From positions 1 to 53,202 of IMG/VR virus record IMGVR_UViG_3300045988_160612: a stretch of 53,202 nucleotides of DNA; one strand, given 5' to 3'. The position numbers and the translations under genes are program-made. Shown here one piece after another: positions 14,880 through 22,688 of the stretch; positions within the stretch are counted from its first letter, which is position 1, and each line of letters starts with the position of its first letter. Below the pieces are notes generated by a model that was not told where the DNA came from, did no database searches, and worked only from the letters and a program-made list of their open reading frames with translations. Source of the stretch: a virus.

Positions 14880-15809
14880 TCAATAATAATTGTAATTTAG
14901 CTGTCGCAATGCTTTCCGAATCTGCTTATTATTCATATCTCCAGCATCTTTGACTTCTTTGGAATATGGAAAACGAATAACTTTAAAATGCTTTTTCAGA
15001 TACTCCGTACCTTTAATTCCACATTCGTCATTATCCAATGCAGAAATTACAGTTGTAATTCCTTTTGATTTCAGTTTTTGTATTTGCTCATCTGTAATTT
15101 TCCAACCCAAAATAGATATCGCATAATCACAACCAACTCTTACAAAACTTAACCTATCCATATATCCCTCGCATATAATTGGAATATGTTTAGCATCATA
15201 ATTTCCAACTAATGTATTTGACCGTCTGAACCCTTTGTTGTACAAATATTTTCTGTACTGCTCAACCTGTTTATTATTGGTCCTGCATACCCAGCCTTTA
15301 AATTTGCCATTATCAAACATTGGAAAAATTATCGGGTAAGAATCGCTATAGTTTATTTTTGCTTTGACTTTATTCAGCACATCAGCCGTAAAGCCTCTTG
15401 CAGCCATATACTTAAATTCCTCTGTATCTGCTAATTTGTTCCAATCTGTTGTTTTTAACCCATGGTAATAATCATAAGCCTCTATGTATGCCGTACCATT
15501 TTTGCTGTTATGTACAGACTTCCTTACTGTTTTTACAGTAGATTCGAGCCGTTTATTTTTAGCATTTATTATGCTGTAATATTTTTTTAATTTACCCAAA
15601 TCATCTAACGACTTTTCCATTTCCGAGACAAATTTTATTGCATCGCCAGAAGCACAACACCCAAAGCAATAATATCTACCCTCAGAAATATTTATCAGCA
15701 TAGAAGCGTTTTGGTCATTGTGAAATGGGCAAACAATTTTATACATTGCCCGAGCCTGATATAAACCATAATAATCAAGCACCTTTGCTAATGCTTCGCC
15801 ATTTTCCAT
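14880..15809 (-). CDS. dnaG: DNA primase (DnaG-type CHC2 zinc finger plus TOPRIM).
   Basis: CPFHNDQNASM...YYCFGCCASGD forms the zinc finger. ICEGYMDRLS and SALDNDECG form the TOPRIM acidic motifs. Confidence 0.85.
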   Translation of the reverse strand: MENGEALAKVLDYYGLYQARAMYKIVCPFHNDQNASMLINISEGRYYCFGCCASGDAIKFVSEMEKSLDDLGKLKKYYSIINAKNKRLESTVKTVRKSVHNSKNGTAYIEAYDYYHGLKTTDWNKLADTEEFKYMAARGFTADVLNKVKAKINYSDSYPIIFPMFDNGKFKGWVCRTNNKQVEQYRKYLYNKGFRRSNTLVGNYDAKHIPIICEGYMDRLSFVRVGCDYAISILGWKITDEQIQKLKSKGITTVISALDNDECGIKGTEYLKKHFKVIRFPYSKEVKDAGDMNNKQIRKALRQLNYNYY

Positions 15810-15821
15810 TTATACCACCCG

Positions 15822-16307
15822 TCAATACAAGCGTATATAACGGGATTTCTGTTTAACAAACGCTATTTCTTTCAAAATTTTCGGGTCAATTTCACCCTTA
15901 TCTATCAGCTCTGATAATTTTTCAGAACTTACACTGTATTCCACATTCATCGTTTTTAAAATCTCCTGACACTGCTTTTTATCAATACCCAGCTTTTTCA
16001 GACAAACAATGAAATGTGTTTTATTTTCATCATTCAATGTGTATTCCTTTTTGACTATTTCTGGGCACTTTTCCATAGCCTTTTCTAAATCATAATCAAC
16101 CTTTGTTGTTTCCACCAATTTTATTTTTATTGGCGCAGATGATTCATCGGAGCTTTCCGACGGAATATTCACACTGACCTCTTTTATGGATTTTTTATCC
16201 ATTGCAGCAATTATTTGCTGCTGTAAATCCTTACACTTCTCGTTAGCCCTTTCAATTTTCGCTTTGAGCGCACTGTACTCTGATACAAGAGATTTAAAGG
16301 AAGCCAT
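15822..16307 (-). CDS. Hypothetical protein with an N-terminal coiled coil (Gp157/Gam-like position, unverified).
   Basis: 161-aa ORF after GAGGAGGAATTTAAATG. Confidence 0.5.
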   Translation of the reverse strand: MASFKSLVSEYSALKAKIERANEKCKDLQQQIIAAMDKKSIKEVSVNIPSESSDESSAPIKIKLVETTKVDYDLEKAMEKCPEIVKKEYTLNDENKTHFIVCLKKLGIDKKQCQEILKTMNVEYSVSSEKLSELIDKGEIDPKILKEIAFVKQKSRYIRLY

Positions 16308-16327
16308 TTAAATTCCTCCTCGCTAAA

Positions 16328-16918
16328 TTAAAAAGTTTCAGATTCTTCTTTTATCTCAGCCGTAGCTTCTTCTCTCTTGACATAAGAATTTCTGAGTTTG
16401 TCATAAATACCTCTGGGCCAACGGTGCCCGGTCTTTACCCAAATAATAGCTGCTCTGGGTACCTTATATGTATATCCATTCTTACTTACTGCAAGAACTT
16501 CCTTTACTCCGTTATCCTCAGCCCTGAAGATTTCCTTTACCTTTGCAGAAATTGCCTTTTCAGGCTCAGTCGCAAAAGCAATAATCATACCAACCTCTAC
16601 ATTGTCAATATACTCGCCAGGGGTCTTTTTGTGAGAAATAAGTGTAGCATAGCTGTTATCAGCTATTTCATCTTCTGCTGTCTGTACAGCCCCTACCTTT
16701 TCCACTGTTGAATCCTCAGAAATAGTAGCTTCTCTGATTTCTTCCATATTATCGTTTTCCTCCACATTTATATTATTTTCAGCAGTTGCTTCCAGAATGC
16801 CAGAAACTAACTCTGCCTTTGTCTTATTGTACCAAAACTTGATTTTAAGAGACTTTGCTTCCTCTCTTAATTCCTTGACTGTAAAACCTCTGAGTTCTGA
16901 TTCTGAATAAATATACAT
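16328..16918 (-). CDS. Hypothetical protein with an N-terminal SAP/HeH (Rho_N-like) motif.
   Basis: FTVKELREEAKSLKIKFWYNKTKAELVSGILE. The start was set to the ATG at 16918 after GGAGGTAGTTATC. Confidence 0.5.
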   Translation of the reverse strand: MYIYSESELRGFTVKELREEAKSLKIKFWYNKTKAELVSGILEATAENNINVEENDNMEEIREATISEDSTVEKVGAVQTAEDEIADNSYATLISHKKTPGEYIDNVEVGMIIAFATEPEKAISAKVKEIFRAEDNGVKEVLAVSKNGYTYKVPRAAIIWVKTGHRWPRGIYDKLRNSYVKREEATAEIKEESETF

Positions 16919-16984
16919 GATAACTACCTCCATAAAACTTAAATTTATTAACTGTATTTAATACACAATAAGTATTATAAATAT

Positions 16985-17013
16985 ATTATATAACATACAG
17001 GATAATTTGTAAA
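16985..17013 (-). promoter_or_regulatory. Sigma-A-type promoter: TTTACA-N17-TATAAT.
   Basis: The minus strand reads TTTACAAATTATCCTGTATGTTATATAATAT, upstream of the 16918 gene. Confidence 0.55.
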
Positions 17014-17088
17014 TACTGTTTTTGTATAGTTTACAAATTATTTACAATTTACTTTATTATCAATAAAATTTCGTATTTCGTATTATGA

Positions 17089-17174
17089 ACCAGGATTCAG
17101 CTGGTTTAATTTTAAGTATCAGATAAATAAAATCCATTACTTACCCAATTTGATTAAACTGGCTGAATCCTGGT
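17089..17174 (-). repeat. CCAGGAT-family long hairpin: 22-nt arms (20/22 complementary) with a 42-nt loop.
   Basis: accaggattcagctggtttaat ... attaaactggctgaatcctggt. Intergenic, immediately after the stop at 17194. Confidence 0.8.
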
Positions 17175-17193
17175 ATCGTCCTCATTTAAACTT

Positions 17194-17439
17194 TTAAACT
17201 TTGAATACGTCTACAAAAGAATTTCTAAAAGTGGATTCTGACCCATTTGTAAAATGGAATGTTACATACTCATCAAAGGGGTCAACCTCATCATAACCAA
17301 GCTTATGAATTTCATCTGTAGGCAATGTTGCCATTGTCATAGATTCTACTTCCTTATAAAACACTTCGGTTTCAACAACTGAATCGGGAAGATACTTCGC
17401 CTTGTTATAAACTTTCAAAATAAAATTCATCATTTCCAC
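17194..17439 (-). CDS. Hypothetical protein.
   Basis: 81-aa ORF that overlaps the upstream gene by 10 nt. Confidence 0.5.
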   Translation of the reverse strand: MEMMNFILKVYNKAKYLPDSVVETEVFYKEVESMTMATLPTDEIHKLGYDEVDPFDEYVTFHFTNGSESTFRNSFVDVFKV

Positions 17440-17696
17440 CTCCCCTCAAAAGTCTCAACATCGCAATGACCGTCTTCCGAATAATAATTAACCCTTTCCC
17501 AACCATTGTTCTGGAAGGTTCTCAGTTCAGCAGTTGAATCAGAAAAGAAACTTATTTCTATTTCTTCATTATTCTGATTTCTGCCGCTGAATATCCCAGG
17601 GCAATCTTTAAAACGGGATATTGCCTCTCTTGCTTCTTCAGGATTTGAAAAATCCAATTTAAGAGTTGCCTTAATTTCTTCTTTACTTTTTACCAT
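17430..17696 (-). CDS. Hypothetical protein. Its start codon is supplied by copy 2 of the 112-bp repeat.
   Basis: AGGAGGAATTTAAAATG. 88 aa. Confidence 0.55.
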   Translation of the reverse strand: MVKSKEEIKATLKLDFSNPEEAREAISRFKDCPGIFSGRNQNNEEIEISFFSDSTAELRTFQNNGWERVNYYSEDGHCDVETFEGRWK

Positions 17697-17805
17697 TTTA
17701 AATTCCTCCTGAATGTTTTTATTAGGTTTTTGTTTATATTTATATTATATACCAAAAAATTGGGCTTGTAAATACCTTTTGAGGGAAATTAACAAATTGT
17801 TTACA
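17694..17805 (-). repeat. 112-bp exact direct repeat, copy 2.
   Basis: Identical to 5931-6042. Confidence 0.95.
17744..17772 (-). promoter_or_regulatory. Sigma-A-type promoter TTTACA-N17-TATAAT (repeat copy 2).
   Basis: Same sequence as 5981-6009. Confidence 0.6.
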
Positions 17806-17812
17806 TATTTAT

Positions 17813-17847
17813 TGGCAAAAGAAAAAAGCCACCCATTAAGAGTGGCT
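17813..17847 (-). terminator. Canonical rho-independent terminator.
   Basis: The minus-strand RNA reads AGCCACUC-UUAAU-GGGUGGCU (8 bp including one G.U) followed by UUUUUUCUUUUG. It lies just after the stop at 17857. Confidence 0.75.
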
Positions 17848-17856
17848 AATCTAATA

Positions 17857-18483
17857 TTATTTTATATGCTTCATTTTCTTTTTATATTTTTCGTGAATAT
17901 CATGCTGCATTTCAGAAATATACATCATATTAAAATCTGTTGCCTTTAATTTAATGTATATCTTTTCCAAACACTTTAATTCGTGAGACACATCACAAAT
18001 CAAGCAGCTTATAAACTCGGCATCTGCTATAGCTCCTAACTGCATCAATTCCTGATATGCTGTCTCATAAATCCACTTTGTTTCTCTTTCCCAGTTTCTA
18101 TATTCCTCAAAAGTCTTTTCGGTGTACTGTCTCTTTATCTGTGCTGATACATCGAATTTATCATAATTAAACCAATCCTGTGGAATATACTGTTTAGTCT
18201 GCACATCTGTCTCTTCTAACAGCATATTATGGTTAGCCATAAAATACTTCTTTGTCTCTTTAAATTCAGCACTTTCGGAAAAATATTGACACTCGTGCAT
18301 TCTTTTAAAGCCAGACAAACCGAGAAAATTATACATATCAGACATTTTATCATGGAACATTAGGGCTTCAATCTGTCTGTTGGTAATTCTCTGGAAAATT
18401 TCCCTACAATCTTTTGACCTACCTTTTGCTTCTTCTTTTGACATAGACACCTTGTTAGTGCTATTCGGAGATACTGTTGGCAT
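17857..18483 (-). CDS. Hypothetical protein, possibly a ferritin-like four-helix fold.
   Basis: IEALMFHDKMSDMYNFLGLSGFKRMHECQYFSESAEFKE and ICDVSHELKCLEK weakly resemble ferritin or rubrerythrin helices. The start is uncertain, with an alternative ATG at 18444. Confidence 0.4.
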   Translation of the reverse strand: MPTVSPNSTNKVSMSKEEAKGRSKDCREIFQRITNRQIEALMFHDKMSDMYNFLGLSGFKRMHECQYFSESAEFKETKKYFMANHNMLLEETDVQTKQYIPQDWFNYDKFDVSAQIKRQYTEKTFEEYRNWERETKWIYETAYQELMQLGAIADAEFISCLICDVSHELKCLEKIYIKLKATDFNMMYISEMQHDIHEKYKKKMKHIK

Positions 18484-18652
18484 CTTGATTCAACTCCTTT
18501 TCGATTTCTAAAAGCTTGGAATATATTTTATCCAGATATATTTTTATATTTTCCTGTTCTTGCTGCTGACCAGTATTTTTGCTATAGTTATTTAAACCAA
18601 TATCCATATTAGTCAACGCAAGAAGCAAGAAAATTAAATCCACATTAGACAT
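18461..18652 (-). CDS. Hypothetical small protein.
   Basis: 63-aa ORF. Confidence 0.4.
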   Translation of the reverse strand: MSNVDLIFLLLALTNMDIGLNNYSKNTGQQQEQENIKIYLDKIYSKLLEIEKELNQDANSISE

Positions 18653-19098
18653 TATGCAAGCTTATAAACCACTGCATTTACATGAGAGAATGTAGTTGAT
18701 ACACCAGTATTAACAAATGTAAACTGAGCAGAGTTATCAACAGCACAGCATGACGGAGATACCTGTACCAACTTTGCAAAACTGAGAGATACATTATCTG
18801 TAGAAGAAGCGGAAGTTGATGAAGAAAAAGCATCAGGAACTGCAATTCCATTTTTGTAAAGCTGAACTGTCACATCTCCAGAAACTAAAGTTGAATTTGC
18901 TCCTACAGCATCAAACGTAATTAAATATAAACCAGGATTTTTGATTGACAAAGAGGTGCTTCCTGAGGTATGACAGATTGAACAGCCAGTATCAACGGAA
19001 GTATTTCCCAGATTTACAAATGAATTTGCTGCTACTGTCTGAGCTGAATTATTATATGTCTGAACCGAACTTTTCTGATATCTTACATTTCCGCACAT
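18652..19098 (-). CDS. Hypothetical Ser/Thr/Asn-rich beta protein. Possibly a C1q/TNF-like (BclA C-terminal-like) jelly roll.
   Basis: The composition and strand pattern (GLYLITFDAVG, VTVQLYKNGIAVP, AQFTFVNTG, AVVYKLA) suggest this fold. The start was set to the ATG at 19098 after AAAGGAGGA. Confidence 0.4.
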   Translation of the reverse strand: MCGNVRYQKSSVQTYNNSAQTVAANSFVNLGNTSVDTGCSICHTSGSTSLSIKNPGLYLITFDAVGANSTLVSGDVTVQLYKNGIAVPDAFSSSTSASSTDNVSLSFAKLVQVSPSCCAVDNSAQFTFVNTGVSTTFSHVNAVVYKLA

Positions 19099-19131
19099 GA
19101 TTAAAAATCCTCCTTTTAATATAAAGCATAT

Positions 19132-19155
19132 GGGGCACAACTATTGCTGCACCCC
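19132..19155 (-). terminator. GC-rich hairpin (8-bp stem with two G.U pairs, 8-nt loop). Possible terminator or attenuator.
   Basis: The minus strand reads GGGGUGCA-GCAAUAGU-UGUGCCCC followed by AUAUGCUUUAUAUU. Confidence 0.45.
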
Positions 19156-19188
19156 ACAAATTTAGCTATGAAATACAGTTAATGTATA

Positions 19189-19869
19189 TTAGTTGCAAGA
19201 ACCACAAGCACCCCTATAATAGCCATTGCAACAAGAAGCTGCCTCATAAGGGCTGCAAGTTACATAAGCAGGAATGGGTGTAGGTCTTACAGCATTGATA
19301 ATTGTGCTTGTCTGAGACAGCGTACCAAGCTGAAGCTGTGCAGCCTGAAGCTGGTCCCTAAGCTCCTGAACAGTGTTCTGTGTCATTGTATCAATGATTC
19401 TCTGGGTATTTCTATCGTTATTCTGCATAATATCGCAAGTGTTCTTAGCATTTTCATAACGGATAGAATCAATGTTACGATTAGTTTCACAACAGCAATT
19501 CTGCATCTGATAACCTAAATTTGTAACATTGTTGTTTACACCATTAAATCCCTGACATAATGCACGTTCCACACCATTGAAGCCCTGAAGCATTGTAGTG
19601 TTCTGAGCATAGAAGCCATCACATAAACCGTTGGAAATTCCATCAAGTTTACTGATAACAGCCTGGTTGTTTAAGCCCTCGTTAAGTTCGGCTCTGGTCA
19701 ATGCACCCTGCATTCCATTGCTGCCGAAGCCGCCAAAGCCACCGTTGCCCCACGCAAGCAGGAAAAACAAGAAGAATACCCACGAACCGGAACCACCAAA
19801 CCAGCCGTCATTCTCATTGTTCTTGGTGAGGGCCATTGCATCTGCTACGGATAAACCATTGTCCATCAT
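19189..19869 (-). CDS. Membrane-anchored Gly-, Asn- and Cys-rich hypothetical protein.
   Basis: WFGGSGSWVFFLFFLLAWGNGGFGGFG forms a TM segment with Gly-rich flanks. It also contains NCCCETNR and the C-terminal CSPYEAASCCNGYYRGACGSCN. Confidence 0.5.
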   Translation of the reverse strand: MMDNGLSVADAMALTKNNENDGWFGGSGSWVFFLFFLLAWGNGGFGGFGSNGMQGALTRAELNEGLNNQAVISKLDGISNGLCDGFYAQNTTMLQGFNGVERALCQGFNGVNNNVTNLGYQMQNCCCETNRNIDSIRYENAKNTCDIMQNNDRNTQRIIDTMTQNTVQELRDQLQAAQLQLGTLSQTSTIINAVRPTPIPAYVTCSPYEAASCCNGYYRGACGSCN

Positions 19870-19890
19870 TGTGTAACCTCCTATTAAAAA

Positions 19891-20091
19891 TTATATTTTA
19901 AAACCATTGCCACCAAATTGAGAATTGAATTGTGCAGCTGCTTCTTCAATATCAATTCCCCTTTGCTGACATAGATTTTTACAAACTTGCCGAAGCTCCT
20001 GTTCGCTTTTTCCTTTTGCCATCTGCTGGGCACGTTTAAATAATGGATTATTTTGTATTTGCTGCATCATTTGGAACGGATTGACATTCAT
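19891..20091 (-). CDS. Hypothetical small protein.
   Basis: 66 aa. ATG follows AAAGGAG. Confidence 0.5.
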   Translation of the reverse strand: MNVNPFQMMQQIQNNPLFKRAQQMAKGKSEQELRQVCKNLCQQRGIDIEEAAAQFNSQFGGNGFKI

Positions 20092-20578
20092 TGTTTTTTA
20101 CTCCTTTCCTATTACTCCAATTATTATTTTGATTCTGCTGTATAGATTCTATCCTTGTTTGCATTTCTGCAACCATATTTTTAATTGTAGAAATATCATC
20201 GGCAATAACAGATACACCTTTTTGACTATCAATATTTATCTGCTCATTTTGATTAGGCTCTACCTGCTGCAATTTATAAACATTCACAGAAGCTGTACCG
20301 TCTAAATTTATTTGTTTTGTGTATATCGCTTTATTGGATATATCTGGGAAAATAAATATTGACCCATCTAAATCTATCATAGCAGCCTTGGCTTCATCAA
20401 ATGAAGTTACCGCTCTACCTTTTAATAACTGCTGCTGATTATTGTAATTATAATTTTGCATCATAGGACCATTATAAAATCCTTGTTGATTCTGCTGTGG
20501 ATATTGCTGCTCCATATTCTGCAACCTCTGCTGCATAACTGGATAGGAATATGGATTTCCGCCATATGGATTAAACAA
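20048..20578 (-). CDS. Hypothetical protein with a Q/N/Y-rich N-terminus.
   Basis: NPYGGNPYSYPVMQQRLQNMEQQYPQQNQQGFYNGPMMQNYNYNNQQQ. The track start is TTG, so the start is uncertain. Confidence 0.45.
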   Translation of the reverse strand: MFNPYGGNPYSYPVMQQRLQNMEQQYPQQNQQGFYNGPMMQNYNYNNQQQLLKGRAVTSFDEAKAAMIDLDGSIFIFPDISNKAIYTKQINLDGTASVNVYKLQQVEPNQNEQINIDSQKGVSVIADDISTIKNMVAEMQTRIESIQQNQNNNWSNRKGVKNNECQSVPNDAANTK

Positions 20579-20676
20579 TTCTTATCCCTGCTTTCTTGTT
20601 TTCATTTGTTAATTATATTATAACACTTCTAATTTACCACAATTATAACATAATTATATTATTTTTATACAAATAA

Positions 20677-20718
20677 AAACCACTATATCTACCCAATTAC
20701 GGATAAACATAGTGGTTT
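20677..20718 (-). terminator. Hairpin (10-bp stem, 22-nt loop) followed by a U-tract.
   Basis: aaaccactat / atagtggttt. The minus strand continues TTATTTGTAT. The loop contains ATTGGGTA, as does the 17.1-kb hairpin loop. Confidence 0.5.
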
Positions 20719-20724
20719 AAGATT

Positions 20725-20958
20725 TTATCTTAATACTTTACTCAGCTTCTTCAAAATCTTGCAATGCTTTTTATTTACGGTTATCTCGGCATAGCCTAAA
20801 GAATCGGCAATAAAAGCAAAATTCTTTCCTTTCAGATAATACATTTTCAAGATGTATTTTTCTTCATCGGACAAAGTGACAGATTCTAAAATCTGATTAA
20901 ATTCTGATATTGTAGCTATATTCTGTAGTTTATTTCTTGTTTTAATATGTTCGGTCAC
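20725..20958 (-). CDS. Small sigma-70 region-4-like HTH regulator (candidate late-gene activator).
   Basis: LSDEEKYILKMYYLKGKNFAFIADSLGYAEITVNKKHCKILKKL. GTG start after AAGGGG. Confidence 0.55.
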   Translation of the reverse strand: MTEHIKTRNKLQNIATISEFNQILESVTLSDEEKYILKMYYLKGKNFAFIADSLGYAEITVNKKHCKILKKLSKVLR

Positions 20959-20963
20959 TTTTA

Positions 20964-21089
20964 TTACCCCTTTTTATATGGCCTACCGCAAGTAGGACAT
21001 TTTCCTGAGGAACTACTACCTTTCTTTTGATGATAGGTTGTTGTCTTTGTCTTAGTAGTTTTTGTATAATGATTCTCAATTTTCGCCAT
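20964..21089 (-). CDS. Possible 41-aa basic peptide.
   Basis: MAKIENHYTKTTKTKTTTYHQKKGSSSSGKCPTCGRPYKKG. AAGGAG lies 13 nt upstream. Weak. Confidence 0.3.
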   Translation of the reverse strand: MAKIENHYTKTTKTKTTTYHQKKGSSSSGKCPTCGRPYKKG

Positions 21090-21112
21090 AGCTTATTATT
21101 CACTCCTTAAAA

Positions 21113-21409
21113 TCAATTTTGGTTATGTGTTGCATAATCATTATATTGATTTCCGTTTACTATATCCGCACTGGAATTATCACCATTAACCGAATTATCA
21201 TAACTTTCAGTAGTTGTAGTTTCTGTTACGATAACTGTATCATACGTTGATAACTCATAGCCTAAAGCAATACAAAATACTGACATCAACAAAAGCAATG
21301 CTGCTAAAACATAGTTTATGATTAAATATCTTGTGGACTTTTTGCATTCCTGTTTGTACAAATCCTTGACTATTTCTAACAATGCCTTTTCTTTTTCTTC
21401 CATAATCAT
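21113..21409 (-). CDS. Single-pass membrane protein (lysis-module accessory).
   Basis: TM segment YLIINYVLAALLLLMSVFCIALGY. Confidence 0.5.
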   Translation of the reverse strand: MIMEEKEKALLEIVKDLYKQECKKSTRYLIINYVLAALLLLMSVFCIALGYELSTYDTVIVTETTTTESYDNSVNGDNSSADIVNGNQYNDYATHNQN

Positions 21410-21684
21410 TTAGCCTCCAAGCGCAATATTCTTTCATCTAATTTATTACACGTTTCCTCAACGTGCTTTATTCTACATTCTTGGCTTTCTGAGATAATTT
21501 TCTGTTTTTCCACATCTTGACTTTTTTCCTTTAGCGTTGTTTTTATCTCCAACAAATCTTGCTGTATCTGCTCAATACTCGCTAAAACTTTACCGTCATT
21601 CTGGGCCTTTGTTATTAAGCCAGAAATAAAAGTAATTATGGAAATAACAAACAATACAATGCTGCTAATAGTAGCAAAATCCAT
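21406..21684 (-). CDS. N-terminal TM plus coiled-coil protein (lysis-module accessory).
   Basis: TM segment ISSIVLFVISIITFISGLI followed by heptad-like sequence. Confidence 0.5.
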   Translation of the reverse strand: MDFATISSIVLFVISIITFISGLITKAQNDGKVLASIEQIQQDLLEIKTTLKEKSQDVEKQKIISESQECRIKHVEETCNKLDERILRLEAK

Positions 21685-21686
21685 GT

Positions 21687-22466
21687 TTACACCCTCGTTA
21701 TGCTAACAGACATTCCCAATTTTTGTAAATAAACAGACATCTCATCAGCCCTTTCCTTGGTTAAATTTGATGATACAGCAGTCAACTTATAGTCATTTAA
21801 CTTAAAACCATTCTTGCCTGCATTTTCTATCAATTTTTTATAATCTTTATAACTGATATCTAAATCAACATCACCAGAAATTCCTGGAATATTTCCTTTA
21901 AAGGAATATTGATGTATTCCTACATTTGCACTATTTACTGCACTGGGACATATTATTGTTTTTGCATCATCAAAATCAGGAACCCTTGCAACCCAAGTTG
22001 CATATCTCTGCGGAATTGAACTATCAAGGTTACTCTGGAAAAACGAATCAAAAGAATAAATGCCAGCCCAATAACCGTGCTTTTCCAACTCATCACAAAA
22101 TGTTTTTACCATTTGTGTACAATTAGCTTTGCTCAGTTCTACCTGAAATTTTTCTTCCATATCCATAAAAATAGGATATTCAAACTTTTTGCCGTCAAGC
22201 AACTTTAAAGCAAACTTAGCTTCCTGATATGCTTCTTGCACTGTATTTGCATAACTATAATGATATGCTCCTACGGGGATTCCTAAGCGCTTACACTCTG
22301 AATAATTATAATCAAAACAAGCATCTTTTTGTTTAGGGGATTCTACTCCATAGCCCATACGAATCAAAACAAAATCAACTAATCCAGAAGATTTTACTTT
22401 TGTCCAGTTAATTTTCCCATTGTGATTAGATACGTCTATACCTTTAGTTATTTTCATCTCCATCAT
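21687..22466 (-). CDS. Endolysin: GH25 muramidase with a C-terminal binding domain.
   Basis: GIDVSNHNGKINWTKVKSSGLVDFVLIRMGYG and FMDMEE. The start is ambiguous among ATGs at 22466, 22463 and 22457, because the track start lies upstream inside the holin gene. Confidence 0.85.
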   Translation of the reverse strand: MMEMKITKGIDVSNHNGKINWTKVKSSGLVDFVLIRMGYGVESPKQKDACFDYNYSECKRLGIPVGAYHYSYANTVQEAYQEAKFALKLLDGKKFEYPIFMDMEEKFQVELSKANCTQMVKTFCDELEKHGYWAGIYSFDSFFQSNLDSSIPQRYATWVARVPDFDDAKTIICPSAVNSANVGIHQYSFKGNIPGISGDVDLDISYKDYKKLIENAGKNGFKLNDYKLTAVSSNLTKERADEMSVYLQKLGMSVSITRV

Positions 22467-22668
22467 CACTCTTTTCTGCTGTTTTAGCATCAACAAAACC
22501 CTCGGACAAAGTATAAGCAATCACTGTAGAGGCTGCTGTTATCAACGCTGTTATTCTTTCTGTGGAAGCATTATCTACATTGAAAATAACAGCAATGGAG
22601 ATAACCAAGCTGATAATAGATGCCCACCACTTACGACTTGTGAGTTTTCTTTTCCAATCAATTTTCAT
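22444..22668 (-). CDS. Holin.
   Basis: 74 aa with two hydrophobic helices (WWASIISLVISIAVIF and ITALITAASTVIAYTL) and a charged C-terminus, immediately upstream of the endolysin. Confidence 0.65.
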   Translation of the reverse strand: MKIDWKRKLTSRKWWASIISLVISIAVIFNVDNASTERITALITAASTVIAYTLSEGFVDAKTAEKSDDGDENN

Positions 22669-22688
22669 AATAACTCCTCCTTTAAATT

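Noticed and set aside
17069-17082. Tandem TACGAAA-TACGAAA (minus strand) as Spo0A 0A boxes for the phage Spo0A_C proteins.
   Set aside because: Only the CGAA core matches TGTCGAA, and the 7-bp spacing is not that of known tandem 0A boxes. I found no consensus 0A box in the promoter regions by eye, so there is insufficient support.
19189-19869. Cys-rich C-terminus as a lanthipeptide or bacteriocin precursor.
   Set aside because: The protein is 226 aa with a TM segment. No leader or core architecture is present, and no modification, transport or immunity genes are nearby.
21742-21748. Additional CUGAUGA heptamers on the minus strand (21742-21748, and also 44107-44113) as possible further hammerheads.
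   Set aside because: Both lie inside coding sequence (endolysin and terS). They lack the G10.1...C11.1-GAAA continuation, a helix III and a UH cleavage site, so they are chance matches.
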